The notes: a model not told the origin generated them from the sequence alone. A DNA stretch of 52,705 nucleotides, filler included, from Streblomastix strix (GCA_008636045.1; 3 parts of 3 records of this genome joined end to end with filler, not necessarily neighbours in it); one strand, 5' to 3'; positions 26,111 through 39,500 are shown, counted from the first letter of the whole stretch. Made by a program: numbers and translations.

Positions 26111-26744
26111 TTAAGAAAAACAGAAAAGAAAGGTAGAAAAAATAGATAAATACGGACTCACCACAGGAGATCCAGCAAAAAAATAGACGAAGTGTTGTTT
26201 TAAAAAGTAAAAAGTGTGAGAAGAGAGCCAGCAAGAGAAACTCCCCATTAACAAATGATATGTAAGAGTAAAAATCAAAATAAATGACTACGTAATTAAG
26301 CTTTTAAGTACAAGCATCGAATATAAAGATTAAAGTTAAATTAAAAAACGTAAATTTAACAAAATAAAGTTAAATGTTTTAGTTAAAACTGGTTAAAATT
26401 TTGAATAAAAATAGTTAAATGTAAAATATAGTAACCAATAAATAAAAATATTCTTGTTTCTAGTTTCAATTCTATCAGCGAACTGCGTGAGCATATCCTC
26501 CCATGAATGATTGTAGGCATCTCATGCCCATTAGATTATTAGATACCATTGTCAACAGTTCACCTTGTTATTTGTCAATGTTGCTTGAAGGTATTTCCAG
26601 GAGATTGATAATGGTGATGTAATAAAGAAAATATATGATAAATAAAGTGCAGTGATTGATTCACAAACGCCACAAAGCGTTGGGACTAAAGTAAAAAACA
26701 ATATAAATACATTTCTATAGAGTTTTAGACTGATGGGTGGGACC

Positions 26745-26849
26745 AAGGCGAAGTTGTTGTATTTTATTATACATCCTCTAATTACCAATAGTCTCACTTT
26801 GGCAATTGAGGAGTGTATATATTATATCCAACAACTTCACCTTTATTGA
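26745..26849. repeat. DIRS internal complementary region (ICR)
   Basis: 26745-26780 is complementary to 25998-26033; 26781-26849 is complementary to 33641-33709. Confidence 0.9.
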
Positions 26850-27900
26850 ATACTTGAAATTGGATTACGTCCCACTTGGCTGCGGGTATCAGATAATTTC
26901 GTTGATATTTCATTATCTTTTAATTTTTCGGCAAATACATAGTAATCATTTGTTGACTTAGAATTCCTCGAATGTCCTGCGTATGTGTTTAATAACGTTT
27001 CGTCTAAACCCATTACTACTAATTGTGTTGCTGCAGAGTGTCTGAATGAATATACTTATTTTCCTTTTATACCAATCAAGTCTAGTAGTTTCTTTAATCT
27101 AAGTGAGATTTTGCCTCTTTTGGCTGGTATAGTTATGTCCTCATTCCACCATAACGATCCAATATTTATTATCTCTGATGGATCGACCGTTTTTGTAATT
27201 AATTCTTTTCAACCAATCGAAAAATGTTGCTCTTAGACATACTGTTCGATCTCTAGTCCTTGGAAGTTTATATGAGTGAAGGCCAGTCTTTGTTTTCGGT
27301 TGTAGTCGTAAATCTACTTTGTCAGTTTATTCGCAAACTACTGAGTGCCTTAGAGATACTCCTTCAATTTCGGCTGGTCTCATTGAAAAAACAGTCATAA
27401 GGAGTGAAGTGATTTTAGTCTACAGTAAAACGTTTGTCAAATTTCGGTTCTATCCTTTTTCTCTCCAATAATCAAATAGTATTCCCACGTTCCATGTGTC
27501 TTTATATTTCGGTTTAACGATCATGTGTACTGAAATCGCTTTTCTGGTAAATTGGAGCATGTAGTTATTCCTTAAATCTATGTCGAATGTGAGTGAGAGC
27601 ATAGATAAGAGTCCATTAAAAAACTGAAGTGCTGAACTTGTTGAAGTGTTTACTGAAATGAATTAAGCTAATACTTCTGTTATAATGATGTGCGGCCTCA
27701 TTGTTAATAAACCAAGTATTGTGTAGTGATTGATTTGGGTTCATTTCTTAAGTTTTTGCATTGCATAGTAGTATCTTCTTTAAGTATTGTATCTTTACCC
27801 ATATAAAATCATGTCTATTGCTCCATAGGATACGTTTAGTATCCTCAAAATCTTTTTTGTGAATCTTCTTCCCTTCCTAGCCTTCGGTCCGTCAGGAAAC
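26837..27900 (-). pseudogene. DIRS tyrosine recombinase (frameshifted)
   Basis: KVYSFRHSAATQL...LLNTYAGHSRNSKSTNDYYVFA, plus KPKYKDTWNVGILFDYW. Stop lies inside the ICR. Confidence 0.85.
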
Positions 27901-27959
27901 AACATATCTTTCCTGGCATGAGTTTCAAATTCTTCTTGATTAACGAAGTTCCTAGTTCC

Positions 27960-29740
27960 AGAATTTCGTTGCTCCAGCGAAGCATAAGGGATTGTGCATT
28001 CTCGTTTATCAGTTCTGTGAACCATATCTAGCATGGCCACAGTGGAGCTTCTATCAATGCTTCGATCTGCTCTTCTCTAATATTCTTCAGAACTGCTGGA
28101 AGGAGAGGGATAGGAGGGTGAATCCATGAAAGTTTTATCTTCGATGTTTGATTGAGAGCGTCGATTGCTATTTCTCCGTGCCCTCCTACTGTTGACATGA
28201 ATCTTGGCAGTACGTTATTGAAGTGCTGTGAAAATAAGTCTATTGTTGGGTTAAAGTTCATCTGAAGACATGTCTGTCGAAAAATCTTCTCCCTTAGTTT
28301 GTAGTCGTCAGCCCTTGATAGTCTGCATAGCGCGTTTGCAATCTCGTTTTTAACTCCTGGGAGGTGAGTAATATGGATCTAAATTCCTAGTTTTTCTATT
28401 GTTTGGTGTACCTATTTGATTTCCTTTATTAGTGAGATTGATGCTCTCCATTTGCTGATGTCGAAAACTACTGTACTGCTATTGCTTCTGATCGCAAGGG
28501 ATTGAACTCGCGAATTCTTTAAGGTTTTGGCGAAACTTCGTAGTCCTTAAGTTATAGCTTTGATTTCCCCGTTGTTACTTGTTAACTTCGCTTATCTTTT
28601 ATTCCAAGCTGCACGAACCACTGCTATCATTTCCAGTTTTCTCTTTTTCATGTAGAACCTCATCCACAAGGTGCCGCATCTGTTGTCATTGCCATTTGTG
28701 GTGATATCTATATTAATTGTGCTGGAGTGTTCGCTCTGAGTTTCGCTATCCACCAACTTATATCTGGAATTGCAGTCATGTTTATTGTCATTGTTGTATT
28801 CCATCCTCTCAGTCTTGCAGCTTATGCTTTCTGGTGGTCCAATATGTTCAGGAAGAGTGAAGCTTCTTAAAATTATTGTCTTATGTAGTTTAGTTTTCCT
28901 ATTAACTTAGCTGTTTATTTAACTGTTATCTCTCTTCCTGTCCTTATCTATCTTCTCATATTATATAGATCGTGTAGAAGGAGTAAACGCTTCTTCGGTT
29001 TCGTTTTTACTATTGCATTGGCTTGATTCCATTCCCATCCTAGAAATATCACTGTTTGATTAGGTTCTGTCCCGCTCTTTTCTATGTCCATTGTGAATCC
29101 GAAATACTTCAGTATATTTATCACCTATTAAGTCATGTTCTTTAGATACTCCTTGTTCTGATAGAGGAGAACGATATCGTCGACGTAATTGATTATTCTA
29201 ATCTCTGTTTTCATTCTTATTTGTTGCGTTATTGGCTCCATTGCTGTTGCAAAGTATATTGGTGAGTGTTTGGTTCCAAATGGCATTGCTCTATATGTAT
29301 AGTGGTTGTTCTGGAACTCGAATGCTAGGTGTGGTTGTGATTCTATTTGGACTATTAGGTGGTGAAATGCGGAGGTGAGGTCTAGTGAAGTGTCCCAATC
29401 CCCAAGTCTAATTGTTTGCTTCACCTCGATCGAATCGCGCATCTTGAAGTGGAAGTCTGCGATCTATTTATTCAAAGCTTTCGCATCTAGTATCTTTCTC
29501 CATTTCCCGTTTGCTTTCTTTATCATGAATGACGGGTTATACCATTTAATTTCTTCCTTTTTGATCCGTATTATAAAGTTCTCTTTCAATTATTCTTCTA
29601 ACATTATCTAGTATTCCCTCTTTTTTTTTCGGTTCCCCCAAATTTCATTATCTTTAACTAACGTTGTAGCTTGTTAATACCTCGATTATCTTTCTATTGA
29701 AGGTTAAATCCTTTTTGAATGAAATCTTTCATATTAATTG
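27960..29740 (-). pseudogene. DIRS pol: reverse transcriptase, RNase H and methyltransferase-like domain (frameshifted)
   Basis: KWRKILDA, SLDLTSAFHH, YRAMPFG, NYVDD; TTDAAP and HLPGVKNEIANALCRL; PTIDLFS...WIHPPIPLL...APLWP. Confidence 0.9.
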
Positions 29741-29799
29741 TTTCCCATTATTCTAAGTGTCTAACTGTTTATACTCCCATTCCTGTCTGATATTTTTCT

Positions 29800-32700
29800 A
29801 TTTCCCTTGTCGATTTCACGGTTCTCAAGATCTTTGGCATCCCTTTCATCTTCCTTTCCTTTTTGCTCGATCCAACTAATCCGTCTAGTCAGTCTCGGAG
29901 TCGGGCTCTATTTCTATCTAGTTTTCGGAGTTGAATCCTTGTTTCTGTTTCTTGGATCCTGGACTGGTCTTGTTGCCTTTGAAGTGTTTTACGGACATGT
30001 ATTCAGTAACTGGGACTACATCTGCCCTTTTTATCTGCTCCTACTGAGTTGTGAAGTGGCTAGGAGTGTCAGAGTTAGCTATAGCCTCGGGACTCCCTAA
30101 GGACCTATTGGATAGGGACTTTAGTTAACCTGTTTTGCATCTAGTATCATGGTCGTTGGTTGGTTGTATCCTTTATTTGGGTACCACAACTTTTCCTTTT
30201 ACTTGACTTACTTCTGGAGGTGTGGTGATTAGCAGGAGTTGGCCTTTGGGTAAAAAATGTTTGGATTTCTTAGTTTTTATTCGGAATGAGTTGTATGAGA
30301 TGATACTATTTCTTTTGGTTTATTATTTCCAATATCTTGTTTATGTAGGGTTTTATTGTTGGAACCTTGATTGTTTTATTATCCTCCCGTTCAATTATCA
30401 TTCGTTTACTCGTTATTGTTTTCATTAAAAGTGTTATCGATTACCTGATGGTTTTCGCGTTCATTTTTGTTGGTTACTGCTTGTAACTGCGTCCTGCAAC
30501 CGTTTTCTTCGAGTCCATCTGATCTGTTTACATTGTCAGGTGGAGTGTTGGCAGATATTTTTGTGATATTGATCTTGGAATTCGCTTCTCCGTTGACAGT
30601 GGCATGTAACTGCGTCCCGCTGTCATTCTCTCTGAGTCCATCGTTTCCGTTTGTGAAATGCTTGGATTCGATTGCGCGCTCAAATTAGTCATTATCTTCA
30701 TTGATATCTGTTCCATCAGTTACGATTCTTTCTATTTCAATTATTATAATTTTCTTGATCTTAGCTTTCTGTTTCTGTTTCTACAATTTGTTCAGCTGCG
30801 AATGTAATTAGACCTATTACTGCTTCAGATATTGGTTGGTGTATTTAGAGGTGTATGTTAATGAATCCAGCCACTCCATCACTGACGTTTATTAATCCAG
30901 GGATGTATGATCCCCTTGGTAAATTCGCTCAATCTTCAAGGTTGTAGGTTAGTCAAAGATAAAAAGGGACTCAGCCCTCGCGTACGTCCCCATCAAATTA
31001 CTTCCATTGTTCTTCTGAGAGGTCTAGGTCTTTCGGTCTGGGAATTGGTGTCGGGCGATAATTCTTAGGTGGATAGAAGAAAAAAGGGCCATCCTTGTTC
31101 GGGTAATGTTTGTATTATCCTGGTTACATGGCCTTGGGTTTCATCTTCTCCTATTCAATAATTAGTTTCATTATTTCATGGAACCTTTCAATTACATCCT
31201 TTTGTCCTGCATATGGTTGAAATTTAGGTTATTTTAGTTCGGTTCCCTTTCCTTATATCCTTGTGGATCTCCGGGTGAAATTGCTCTTAATATAGCTAGT
31301 GTTTCTTCCAATGAAGGCGATGGTGAATGCTGTTGAGGGTGTGATGAGGAAGGTTTGTGAAGTGTATTGTGTTATGAACTTATGATATTTAAGTCTATGT
31401 TTGGGTTTGCTTAAGTATTCTAGACAGATCGTTTGAGTGAAATGATGTTTTTTAGTTCTGATCTCCTTTCTATTTAGTTTTCATTTACTTCTGGATCTTT
31501 TTCCATTTGTGATTGTTGTGGTTGGGATTGTTTTTGACTCTAAGTCTATTGTTTTCTTTCAAATTCGATCTATCTCTCTTTCTCCATTTGTCTATGGCAT
31601 TCATCCTCCTCCAACCAATTCTCATCTCCGTCAGTTCACGAAACTTCTGTATTTCATTTCCTTGTCCAATCTTCTTATTTTTCCTTGTTGTTACTGCTAC
31701 TGCAGCTACTGCTGCTGCTACTAATATTTCGTTTATTTTTCGCTTCAGCCTCAAGGTGCTGTTCTTCTAATCTCAACCTTTTCATTCCTTTTCCATTATC
31801 TATTGCATATTACCTCTCCATTTCATATATTCTGATAGATTCATTACTCATGGACTTGTAGTAGGGGCTCTGAGACTTGTATTCGTTTGACAGATAGTGT
31901 GATATATTGATTTACTCCAACGAAAAGCCTGCATCTGACCAGAACTCTCTCCAATCTCTATATGCGAAGTGCTTCTGAGTTGCCTGCTTGCAATGCCATT
32001 TCGAGTTCTTATATTTGATCACTCTAGGGTCTCTAACTAGATCATATCCTCTGTTCTACCATGTTCCTTGTGCTATTTCCATGTCATTTTTGTGCGATGG
32101 TAAGTATGACATTGTTATTCCAGGTATTATTTCATCCTGAAAGTCCTCATCCTCAAATTCATCAGCTCTTGTGTGTGTTGAAAATATCGATCTTTAACTC
32201 TGTCTCTGTTATAAATTTTTCTCTGTTGCGTAGGGTAACAGTGGTATTAAAGAAGTTTATTGTTGTGGATATGCCGGAATTGGTGGAATCAAAATATTGT
32301 GAACACCTCTCATTGACATTGCACTCTGTCATGGTCTTTCGACTGTTTATGTTGCAGCTTGTTTAAACTATTGACTTGGTTAAATCGAAACCTATTAATC
32401 TCTTACAGTTTCATTGTTTGGTAGTCGAAGTTCGCATATCTGTGTTTACGGTGGGTTCACCGTTGGTAAAAATGGATTTGGTGGTGGGATAATCCGGAAC
32501 TGAACTGGTTAAATCGGGTATTGCATTGGTTGCTCGGAGTACTGAAAGGGGTATTGTGGTGGTTATTATCCCTGTATCTACTGTTGAGGGAGTTGGTTGT
32601 AAAATGGATTCAGTGGTGTATATGGATTCAGGTTCTACTGTTATAATTGACTCAATAGTGGTAAAAACACAGTCATCTGGATTTCATGTGTCGATTTTCT

Positions 32701-33590
32701 CACTAAATCTTGAACTTATTCTTGTGACATTATCTCTCGTTTGCTCCTAATCATGCCTATAACTTATTGCGCGGTCAACTTCTTCAGTTCTTAGTCCAGT
32801 TCTCCTGTAAAACATTCAATCCTCGTTAATAACGTATCTACAGAAGCCGGTTGTGATCCCTCCGTCTAGGGTAGTGCAAATAACAACCTAAGCATATAAT
32901 TATTATACCTTGGATGTATTGCAGGAGATGGTTGAGTCTTCATAATGTTCCCTTGCTTTGTAGTGTCCATCTCCGCTCGCGTCATGTTTACCTTGTAAAT
33001 CGTGTCAAATATGATTATGAACGTGTACAAATTATATTTCAGAGTAGCTAACCAGTCTTATTCTACGATCTATGTCAGTGTTCCCTATAACAATCTGAAC
33101 TACTGCAGTAATTTCGTTTCCAGATCTGCGATAACTTTGTCAAAAGTGAACATCGGTTGCGCTAGTTTATTATTGTGTTTCGGCGGCTTTTTGAGCGTCA
33201 TCAAGTCTGTGGCTGCTCTTCCGCGTTGTCTAGCTTCTATCACTTGCTCTTCTGACGGTTATTCCGCGTAAAAATCGATTTGCGACGTATCTTGTCCTGA
33301 GAGTCCAGACAAGAGCACACGTGCTGCTGTTATCGCGTTCGGCGGTACCTCTTCTGGTGTTGCTATTGTTTAGTCAGGGTCCAGTGTATCCATCTCCATG
33401 TTCTGGCGTAACGCGTTTACAAACGTCGGTTGCAGCTGCGCGGCAACCTGCAGCGGGTTTTGTGGTACTAAGTTTGCGTAATTCGGTGTCTAGTATGAAT
33501 CCCTGTTCGATGGACGTTTGCTGGTGAAATTGGACCTGCTCTACATCCTTTCTTTTGCAGTTTTTAAAACGGCTAGCCCAATGTAAACAT
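29800..33590 (-). pseudogene. DIRS ORF1/gag-like region, long and Gln/Pro-rich, with stops and frameshifts
   Basis: ATG at 33590 lies within the ITR and opens about 420 codons to a TGA at 32331-32329; coding-like fragments continue towards RT. Homology not identifiable by eye. Confidence 0.55.
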
Positions 33591-33661
33591 TTTTTGGGGA
33601 ATGGCCAGAAGAATCACTTCAAATAATTGATGGCAATCACTCAATTAAGGTGAAGTTGTTG
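33570..33661. repeat. DIRS 5' inverted terminal repeat
   Basis: Inverted match to 26019-26110. Confidence 0.9.
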
Positions 33662-33762
33662 AATATTATATATTCACTCCTCAATTGCTAAAGTGGGACT
33701 ATTGGTAATATTTATATAAATATTTGTTAATTAATTTTCATTTAATTAAGTAATAATTATAG

Positions 33763-34921
33763 GAATGTGACATTTACAACCCAAGCAAAGGAATTGCTTT
33801 GGAAGGACCTCAATTCAGGTTAATTATTATTATTATTTACAATTTTTTTTTAAATTTTAAATAAATTACCATTTATTCATACAAATAACTCAAATATAGA
33901 AACATCCTTGCATCTGCAATTTATTAATCTGTAATAATTATAATATTACTATTTCTCTGAGAAAAAGAAGTTGAATTCATGCAACAAGCTAAGTATCCTG
34001 ACCTAAAAGTTTGAATAGTTAAAAATATTTATATTTTTTGATATAAAAGAAAAAAATTAGAAAATATTATTATAATATTTTACTATTATTAATTATTATA
34101 AACATTATACAGCAAACAGAATTATGTTCATTATTATAAAAGAATGACGAAATAATTGTTACAGAATTGTTCATCCCAAATGGATTATGCAGGTAAATAA
34201 TGTTTTTTACCACTATTAAATTTATTTTCACATTTACTAACAAATATATGTATTTTATGAATTAATTTAATTTTCATATTGTTTATATTTGTAGACATTT
34301 TCTTCTCTCAAAAGGAGTAGCAATATTCTCAAAGCAACATTTCTCCTTTATTTTTAATACATTTATATTCATGTAAGTGTTCAACTGGATTCCATCTCGC
34401 AAATGTTATAATGATTTAAATTTCTTCAAAGGATTGATGTCCAATTATATTTTTCAGGGGATAATGGGATTTGTTGCTGCTTTTCAGGTATAATACATAT
34501 TAGTATAAATATATATCTTATAATAATATTTATTTAATTATTTGAATAGTATATAATATTTTTTATTACAAATCTGATTTAATCATTAATTTCAGGTAAT
34601 AATAATGTTAGTTCCAGGTCTTAGAGATGTTTTCTCAGTTATTTCTCTACCAAGAAATTTGTGGGGATATTCATTCTTATTCTCCATTCTAAATATACCA
34701 TTTAAGTTTGAATTTGAATTTATATGTTAAAATGATGTTTTATTTATTAGATTTATTAATTAATTCTATTACTTATATTTATTCATCAGTTCTATTATTA
34801 ATTTTCATATTCTTTTGTATTACATTCAATCAATAAGATTCTTTATCTCATTGTTAATATCATCAAAAGATCCGTTCTAGAGTAAAGAATATTCTTAAAG
34901 TATTGAATTTGGTATATCTTG
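33763..34921 (+). pseudogene. PMCA-type (P2B) Ca2+-ATPase remnant
   Basis: Exons ECDIYNPSKGIALEGPQFR, RNILASAIYQ...LLFL*, HFSFIFNTFIFMQVFNWIPSRK and VPGLRDVFSV. The hinge (GDGxND) and the N-terminal half are missing; internal TGA. Confidence 0.8.
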
Positions 34922-34959
34922 AGTAATAATTAATATTAAACTAACAAAATTTCTTTATT

Positions 34960-35120
34960 ACCCTGTCTCCGAGGGAGACGAGGATAATAATTAGTTACCC
35001 CCTTCTCTCCTTATCTCACCTCTTTATTGAGATACCATTGTGGCTCCAATACGGTCGGTTCACGTACAGGAATCCGACCTATGGGGTGGCCATTTTTTCA
35101 AATATGTCAAAGAATTCAAT
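34960..35120. mobile_element. Probable terminus of a second, divergent DIRS-like element at the contig end
   Basis: Abrupt GC rise; shares ctttattgag and atggggtggccatt, in the same order and similar spacing, with the ITR at 26019-26112. Confidence 0.5.
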
Positions 35121-35220
35121 NNNNNNNNNNNNNNNNNNNNNNNNNNNNNNNNNNNNNNNNNNNNTTAATTAATTAANNNNNNNNNNNNNNNNNNNNNNNN
35201 NNNNNNNNNNNNNNNNNNNN
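35121..35220. other. Artificial contig spacer
   Basis: 100 nt of N with central TTAATTAATTAA. Confidence 0.99.
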
Positions 35221-35222
35221 TT

Positions 35223-36056
35223 ATAAGTGAAAGAGTACTTTAATTAGCTTCTTAAAGGAATATAATTAATAATGATAAAAATAGATAGGATTAAGAAAAT
35301 AGCATAACTGATGAATTGAATGATGAAGAATGTTTTCAATTTCTTAAAATAAGAAATGAATTTGTTGCTTCAGCATCTCTTGATTTAGTCCAATTATCAA
35401 CAAACACAACAATAATCAAATAAATACTATAAAGGAATGAAGATCAAGATTAAGATCGATAATTAATATAATCATTATTACTATTAATAATAAAGATATC
35501 AGGAGGAGATGGAATTGGAATGAATAATAATTAAATTCAATTAAAAGTAAAAGAATAATCAGGAGATAAGAATAAAGGAGGAGATGATACAATTACAGTC
35601 AGAAGAAGATGTTTAGACATAATAAGAACATTAATTGAAGAGAAAATATAAGGAATAAGTGATGTTAATGTTGTAATTAGATTCCTGATGAGCTAATAGA
35701 GTAGTCATTCTAATTATATAGTATCTCTTATTAATAGTGTATCAACAGTAGAACATAATAGATAAGCATTAATTGGTGGATTAGATGGAATTGAGACACT
35801 TCATAGAATGTTAAGAGCAAAAGCAATGATACAAAACTAAGCTTCATTAATCAATCAAACAGAAACAAACAAAGATTAAGAAATAAATGAACATGAGAGA
35901 ATATTGCATGAATTAACCATAACTATGTTAGAATAAGGAGAAAAAGAAGAGATTGACGCTCAGATGTTTAATTATTTTGTCCGTGAACCAAAAGCAGGTG
36001 TGAATCAGGCATTGAGAAGACTTGGAAAGGAACTTGAGTTGTTGCCAACAGCTTGA
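35223..36056 (+). CDS. C-terminal fragment of a helical hypothetical protein (5'-partial)
   Basis: TGA-free code-6 frame ...VRRRCLDIIR...QGEKEEIDAQMFN...LELLPTA-TGA. Confidence 0.75.
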
Positions 36057-36586
36057 AGAAGGAGTTTGGAAAATGCAAATTTACCTGTATTAATAAAGAG
36101 TGCTTATTTTTAAATAAAACTGTTTCTGACATTGTTTTATTTTATTAATGATTAACTATTTAAAATAAAAAATCAAATTAAAAAATAATAATTGATATAT
36201 GAAATAGCTACATAATTGCACAAAAACAAAAGGGTGTTATTCTAATCTAATTGAAAGTGATTCCTGAGTTTAAATTTCTACTGGAAAATATTGCATGAAT
36301 GAATAAAAAATAATAAAACTATGATGATGAAAACAAATTAAAAAAGAAAAATGAAAGTGAAAAAAGCAAAATTGTTTAGATGATAGTTAAATAAATGTGA
36401 AAAAATAGGAATAAGATCATCTCAAAAAGATTATATGGAAGCGAGTATTAAATAAAAAAGATTGAAAATAACAAATAATATTAAGAGTAAAAAAACTCCC
36501 GTCATTGATGAGACTTTTAGTTTCACTTCATCATAAACTTCACTTCTATTCAATTAATATTCCCAATATCCTTATAATATTCATTC

Positions 36587-39500
36587 TCACTGCAACATCG
36601 ATTCCAACTCAATAATCTCATTAATCATCTTCAGAGCTTCTCTCGCTTTAATCTTTATATCATCACCCCAATATTTGTCATCACTCAGTTCTTTCACTTT
36701 GTCCACAACATCTTTTGAGATCTTCTTCTTATTCATTTCTGATCCAAGACGGAGGATGTGAAGTGTTACTGTCAGAAACTCAAGTGTGAAGATCTCATCT
36801 TTGAAAAGCTGCTTCTCAAAACCATTCTAAAGTATCAGTGCATGGTTTTCTATTTGTATTGTATTATGAATGATTGATAGATTGAATAAAATATAATGAA
36901 TGAGAATACAAATATTAATAATGTAAATATTTTCATATATATATATATTATATACCTGGTAATTCAGCTAAAAGAGACAATCCTCTGAAATCTGTTGGTA
37001 GTTTCTTGATCACATTGATAACATCCCTTCCAAAACTAGAAGGAAGTTTTGTAGCTTTGAATAAACGAGCTATTATCTAAGCAAGTTCCCTGTGTGACTA
37101 CCAATCTTCTTCATCTTCAAGTATCTAAGTGAGTTTCTTAATTGTTCCATCTTCACTCAAAGGTTAATAATACTGATTGCATTCTCCTAATTTAGCTGTA
37201 TCCAATCCACCTTCTATTATATATCTAATAATTCTCCCTGATTTCCATCTGATCTGGTTGTCTTCTGATTCCAACTGCTTCATCATTTGTTGTATGATCC
37301 CTCTTTCATACAACTGCTACTTCTGTTAATAAGGAAGAATGGATGTGATCCAGAATAATGGAGAAAGATGATATTGTTTCATCTTCTCAATTGGAAGTGA
37401 ATCAAGCAGTGCCAATTACTGAGTAACAAATTCAGTCTCATCATATATTAGTCTACTTGCTTCAATATTATCTCTGACCAACAACTCAACTATTTCTCCA
37501 ATAATAATCAACTTCCCTTCTCCTTCTTCCTTATCCTCTTATGTAGTAACTTCAATCTCTTCATTTAACAGAGGCATCAACCCAAGTCTAATCAGATCAA
37601 TGTTACCTTCTTTCCTGTTTCTCTCACAACATCTCCTTATTCTGACAAGATCCTTCATTCTATCTGTGTATAGATACGCACTTATGACCATTTTGGCTTC
37701 ATTTCCATAGATTCTGTGCAGTACATCTTCTGTTATTATCTATTTGATGGATTATTGAGTCATTTGTGATCCAAATACAAACATGTTCAGGAGAATGAGG
37801 AGAGAATATCTGAAGGTCTTTTCATCCAGGACTTTGCCTTCAGATCGGTCTCTATATATCATTTATATATAATATATAAATATATAAATAAAGATATGAG
37901 TAGAAATAATAGTTATATTGAATAAAGAATATTCATATAATTCATTTTTCATACTTTGCATATCCAATTGATGTCTCTAATCCACCAAATTAATTAATTA
38001 GTTTATGATTATCTGCATTATTATGATAAGTTAATATTTAAATAATAAACATTAATATTCATCTTCATTTATAATATAAATAGTCATACCAAAATTAACA
38101 GACACTTATATAAGTGAGTTCAATCCTTCTTTCCTTACATCTCTTTCATCACTCTTTGCCTTAATACAATATTCTTCAATTAACTTAGATTGACATTCCA
38201 ATGGGAGCTTAGATCCTTCAGGGTAGAGTAAGTTAAGGAGAAATTTAGCCCTGTCTTTGCATTCCTTATCAACATCATCATTCTGGATTACATTATTGAT
38301 TACACTTATAATTATTCTTCCTTATTCTAATGCTTTCAGATATGGATGAGGAAGAAGAAGAATTTGCTGTATCTTGGAGAATGTATATGTCTATTATGTT
38401 TATTATTATTATTATTATGATTATGTCTCTTATTACAAAATCTGGCTCCATCCTTTCTCAATTATATTAATAAGTGTTTGAATGATTGCAAATTTAATAT
38501 CCCTGTCTCTATTAATAAGTGATTTAGCCATACATTATATCACACCCATATCAAACATCTTCTGAATCTATTCTACTGATCCTTAATTAACAATATTTAT
38601 TATCTACTCGACCATATTCAGTGTGATATGTTCTATTGGGATGATTATGATGATTAAGGTAAGTTCATTCACTATTCCAGATGGTAATGCATATCCAACA
38701 TCATCTACTCCTTTAACTGTACTCAATATCACTTATCCAGAATCAATTGAAAGAAGAATTGCAGTTTCTCTCATCTTTTCTGTTACATTGGATGCTTTCC
38801 CAGTTAATGTGTATCTGACATCTTTCAATGCATCAGTCAATTTCTTAAATATTTCTGCTTTAGGAAGTTTCATCAATGCTTGTGAATTAATCTCCTGCCT
38901 GACTTTGAATAGTTTGTCTTCAGTTAATGTTTTTGCATTTGCAGTATCATCGTATATCCAGATAAGATTACCTACAGCTTCACTCTCTATTATCTATTTG
39001 GATGTTGGACGCTTCTTTGGATCCTGAATATTATATATTATTATAATGATAAGTATTTGGATTATAATATATTGTTAATAATTTATTATAATTATTATAA
39101 TTAATATATAATTAAATTGTTTTCATACAAAATTCATCATCAATGAAATGATCTCTTTCATATCATCTGTTATGTATGGAGGGAATTTAGCTGATTCTCC
39201 AGATCTAATCTTCTCAACCATGGCTTTTTCAGTTGAAGCTTCAAATGGGTGATATCCTGTAGCAATTTCAAAAGCCACTACACCAACTGAATATACATCA
39301 GTGCAGAAGTCCATACTATTTAATTAGAATATATATAAATATAATAATATATAAAATTACATTGATGATATCACACGGTTTCTACTGCCAAACTTCAGGT
39401 GCCATGTATAATCTAAGTGTATTATGTATGATCAAATTAATTAATAAAAAATACATTAAATAGAAACAAATAATATCGCACTTTGTTCCTGTTAAATAAT

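Larger units (their letters stand above)
25998..33709 (-). mobile_element. Full-length, decayed DIRS-1-type tyrosine-recombinase retrotransposon (7.7 kb)
   Basis: Domain order ORF1/gag-like, RT, RNase H, methyltransferase-like, YR. ITRs about 26019-26110 and 33570-33661. Internal complementary region 26745-26849 matches both outer termini. Confidence 0.93.

Noticed and set aside
33958..33962. TGA in the PMCA fragment as read-through evidence
   Set aside because: The gene is independently broken by large deletions and the position likely corresponds to Gly (GGA to TGA).
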